Assembly: GCA_021613535.1 (NCBI GenBank)
Contig: CP075492.1
Span: 3,968,001-4,032,000 of the forward strand
DNA: 64,000 nucleotides
Direction: 5' to 3'
Source of the DNA: Adineta vaga
Taxonomy: Eukaryota > Animalia > Rotifera
The first letter of the stretch is position 1, and each line of letters begins with the position of its first letter. Shown here in pieces: positions 63,224 to 64,000 of the stretch. A model generated the notes under the pieces. It was given only the letters and a program-made list of their open reading frames with translations. It ran no database searches and had not been told where the DNA came from. The translations under genes and the position numbers were made by a program.

Positions 63224-64000
63224 TTAATATTTGTCTTCTTCGAATTGAATTGTTCTTCGTTTGTCTGGTGAAGAAGAAGAAGTTAATTCATGATGATTCG
63301 AAAGAATTAATGAAGACTCTTTCACTAAAGAAGAAAGAACACATAAAGGAGTTGAATTATTAAAAGACATGTGAATTACTCGGAATAAAATCATTTAATT
63401 GATGATTTTGTTCATATGATAAACGGTTGAGACGCGTTAACATTGAATTAAGATCATATTTATCCTGTTAGAAAAACAAATTTCGTAGAAGCGAATTGAT
63501 TTTTGTTTTCAAACATACTTCTGTTGGAATTGATGATGGATTTGTGGTGACAGCGGTGGTGTTATTATTTGTATCGAGAATCGTTTGAAATTGTGCATGT
63601 TTTTTCAATAATTGTGCTAATTGACGTTTTACTTGATTATGTGTCTGTAAACTAACTACATTTCTATAATGCAGATAATGTTTAGCATGAAATATCATGT
63701 CGAAAAAGTGAATACTAACTGTAAACTTAATTCTTTTTGCTTAATTTCATTAAGTTTTGCTTCGATTAATTGACTTTTTTCTACTAATTTTTGTGAAAAA
63801 TTCTGATAACGTGATCGATAATCTTTCTTCTCTTTCTGTAATTCATTAACTTTCTTTTTATACTTTTTCAATTGTTCAACTAATTGTTCAATTTTTACTT
63901 CCATTTCTTTTCGATCATTGAAAAAAGCTCGACGAGCATTTTCAATTGTTGTTGTACATTGATTATTCATCTAGAAAATTGAAAAAATATCAATAACTTC
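63224..64000 (-). CDS. 3' exons of an unknown coiled-coil protein (continues beyond the window)
   Basis: ORFs 63695..63970 and 63468..63698 with heptad-rich K/E/Q sequence and short introns; ends RRTIQFEEDKY*. Confidence 0.6.

Noticed and set aside
1-64000. tRNA, rRNA, snRNA or telomeric repeats
   Set aside because: None recognised by eye; tRNAscan-SE/Infernal would be needed to exclude them.

Overview
AT-rich, gene-dense animal genomic DNA with mostly ~50-60 nt GT-AG introns. Composition, intron size and the F-box/LRR family suggest a bdelloid rotifer (inference, not proven). Left to right: (1) the 3' end of a soluble guanylyl cyclase, duplicated almost perfectly 10,904 bp downstream in a complete atypical (O2-sensor type) H-NOX guanylyl cyclase, with ~7 kb of transposon debris between them (TA-flanked MITE, LINE reverse-transcriptase fragment, dead Mutator/FLYWCH transposase); (2) a complete AGO-type Argonaute with an intact DEDH tetrad; (3) TRMT10C; (4) a tandem array of four mosaic genes encoding an unrecognised Cys-loop, four-TM protein (three open, one pseudogene); (5) an ABCH-type transporter; (6) an OATP/SLCO transporter whose ~1.5 kb intron is almost filled by an antisense SUMF2-like gene ending in KDEL; (7) TSG101, several unknown membrane or acidic proteins, an intronless EGF-like+TM2 gene, CFAP90 and TMEM167B (the last two not shown in their real frames by the ORF track); (8) a scrambled block with relics of an F-box/LRR gene, TRMT10C and NBAS that look derived from a diverged homologous copy; (9) an intact F-box/LRR gene, full-length NBAS and the 3' end of a coiled-coil gene. 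The best candidate for an undescribed system is the self-recombining four-TM gene array at ~17.7-27.5 kb. Exon boundaries and identities were read by eye, and family assignments rest on remembered motifs, not database searches.
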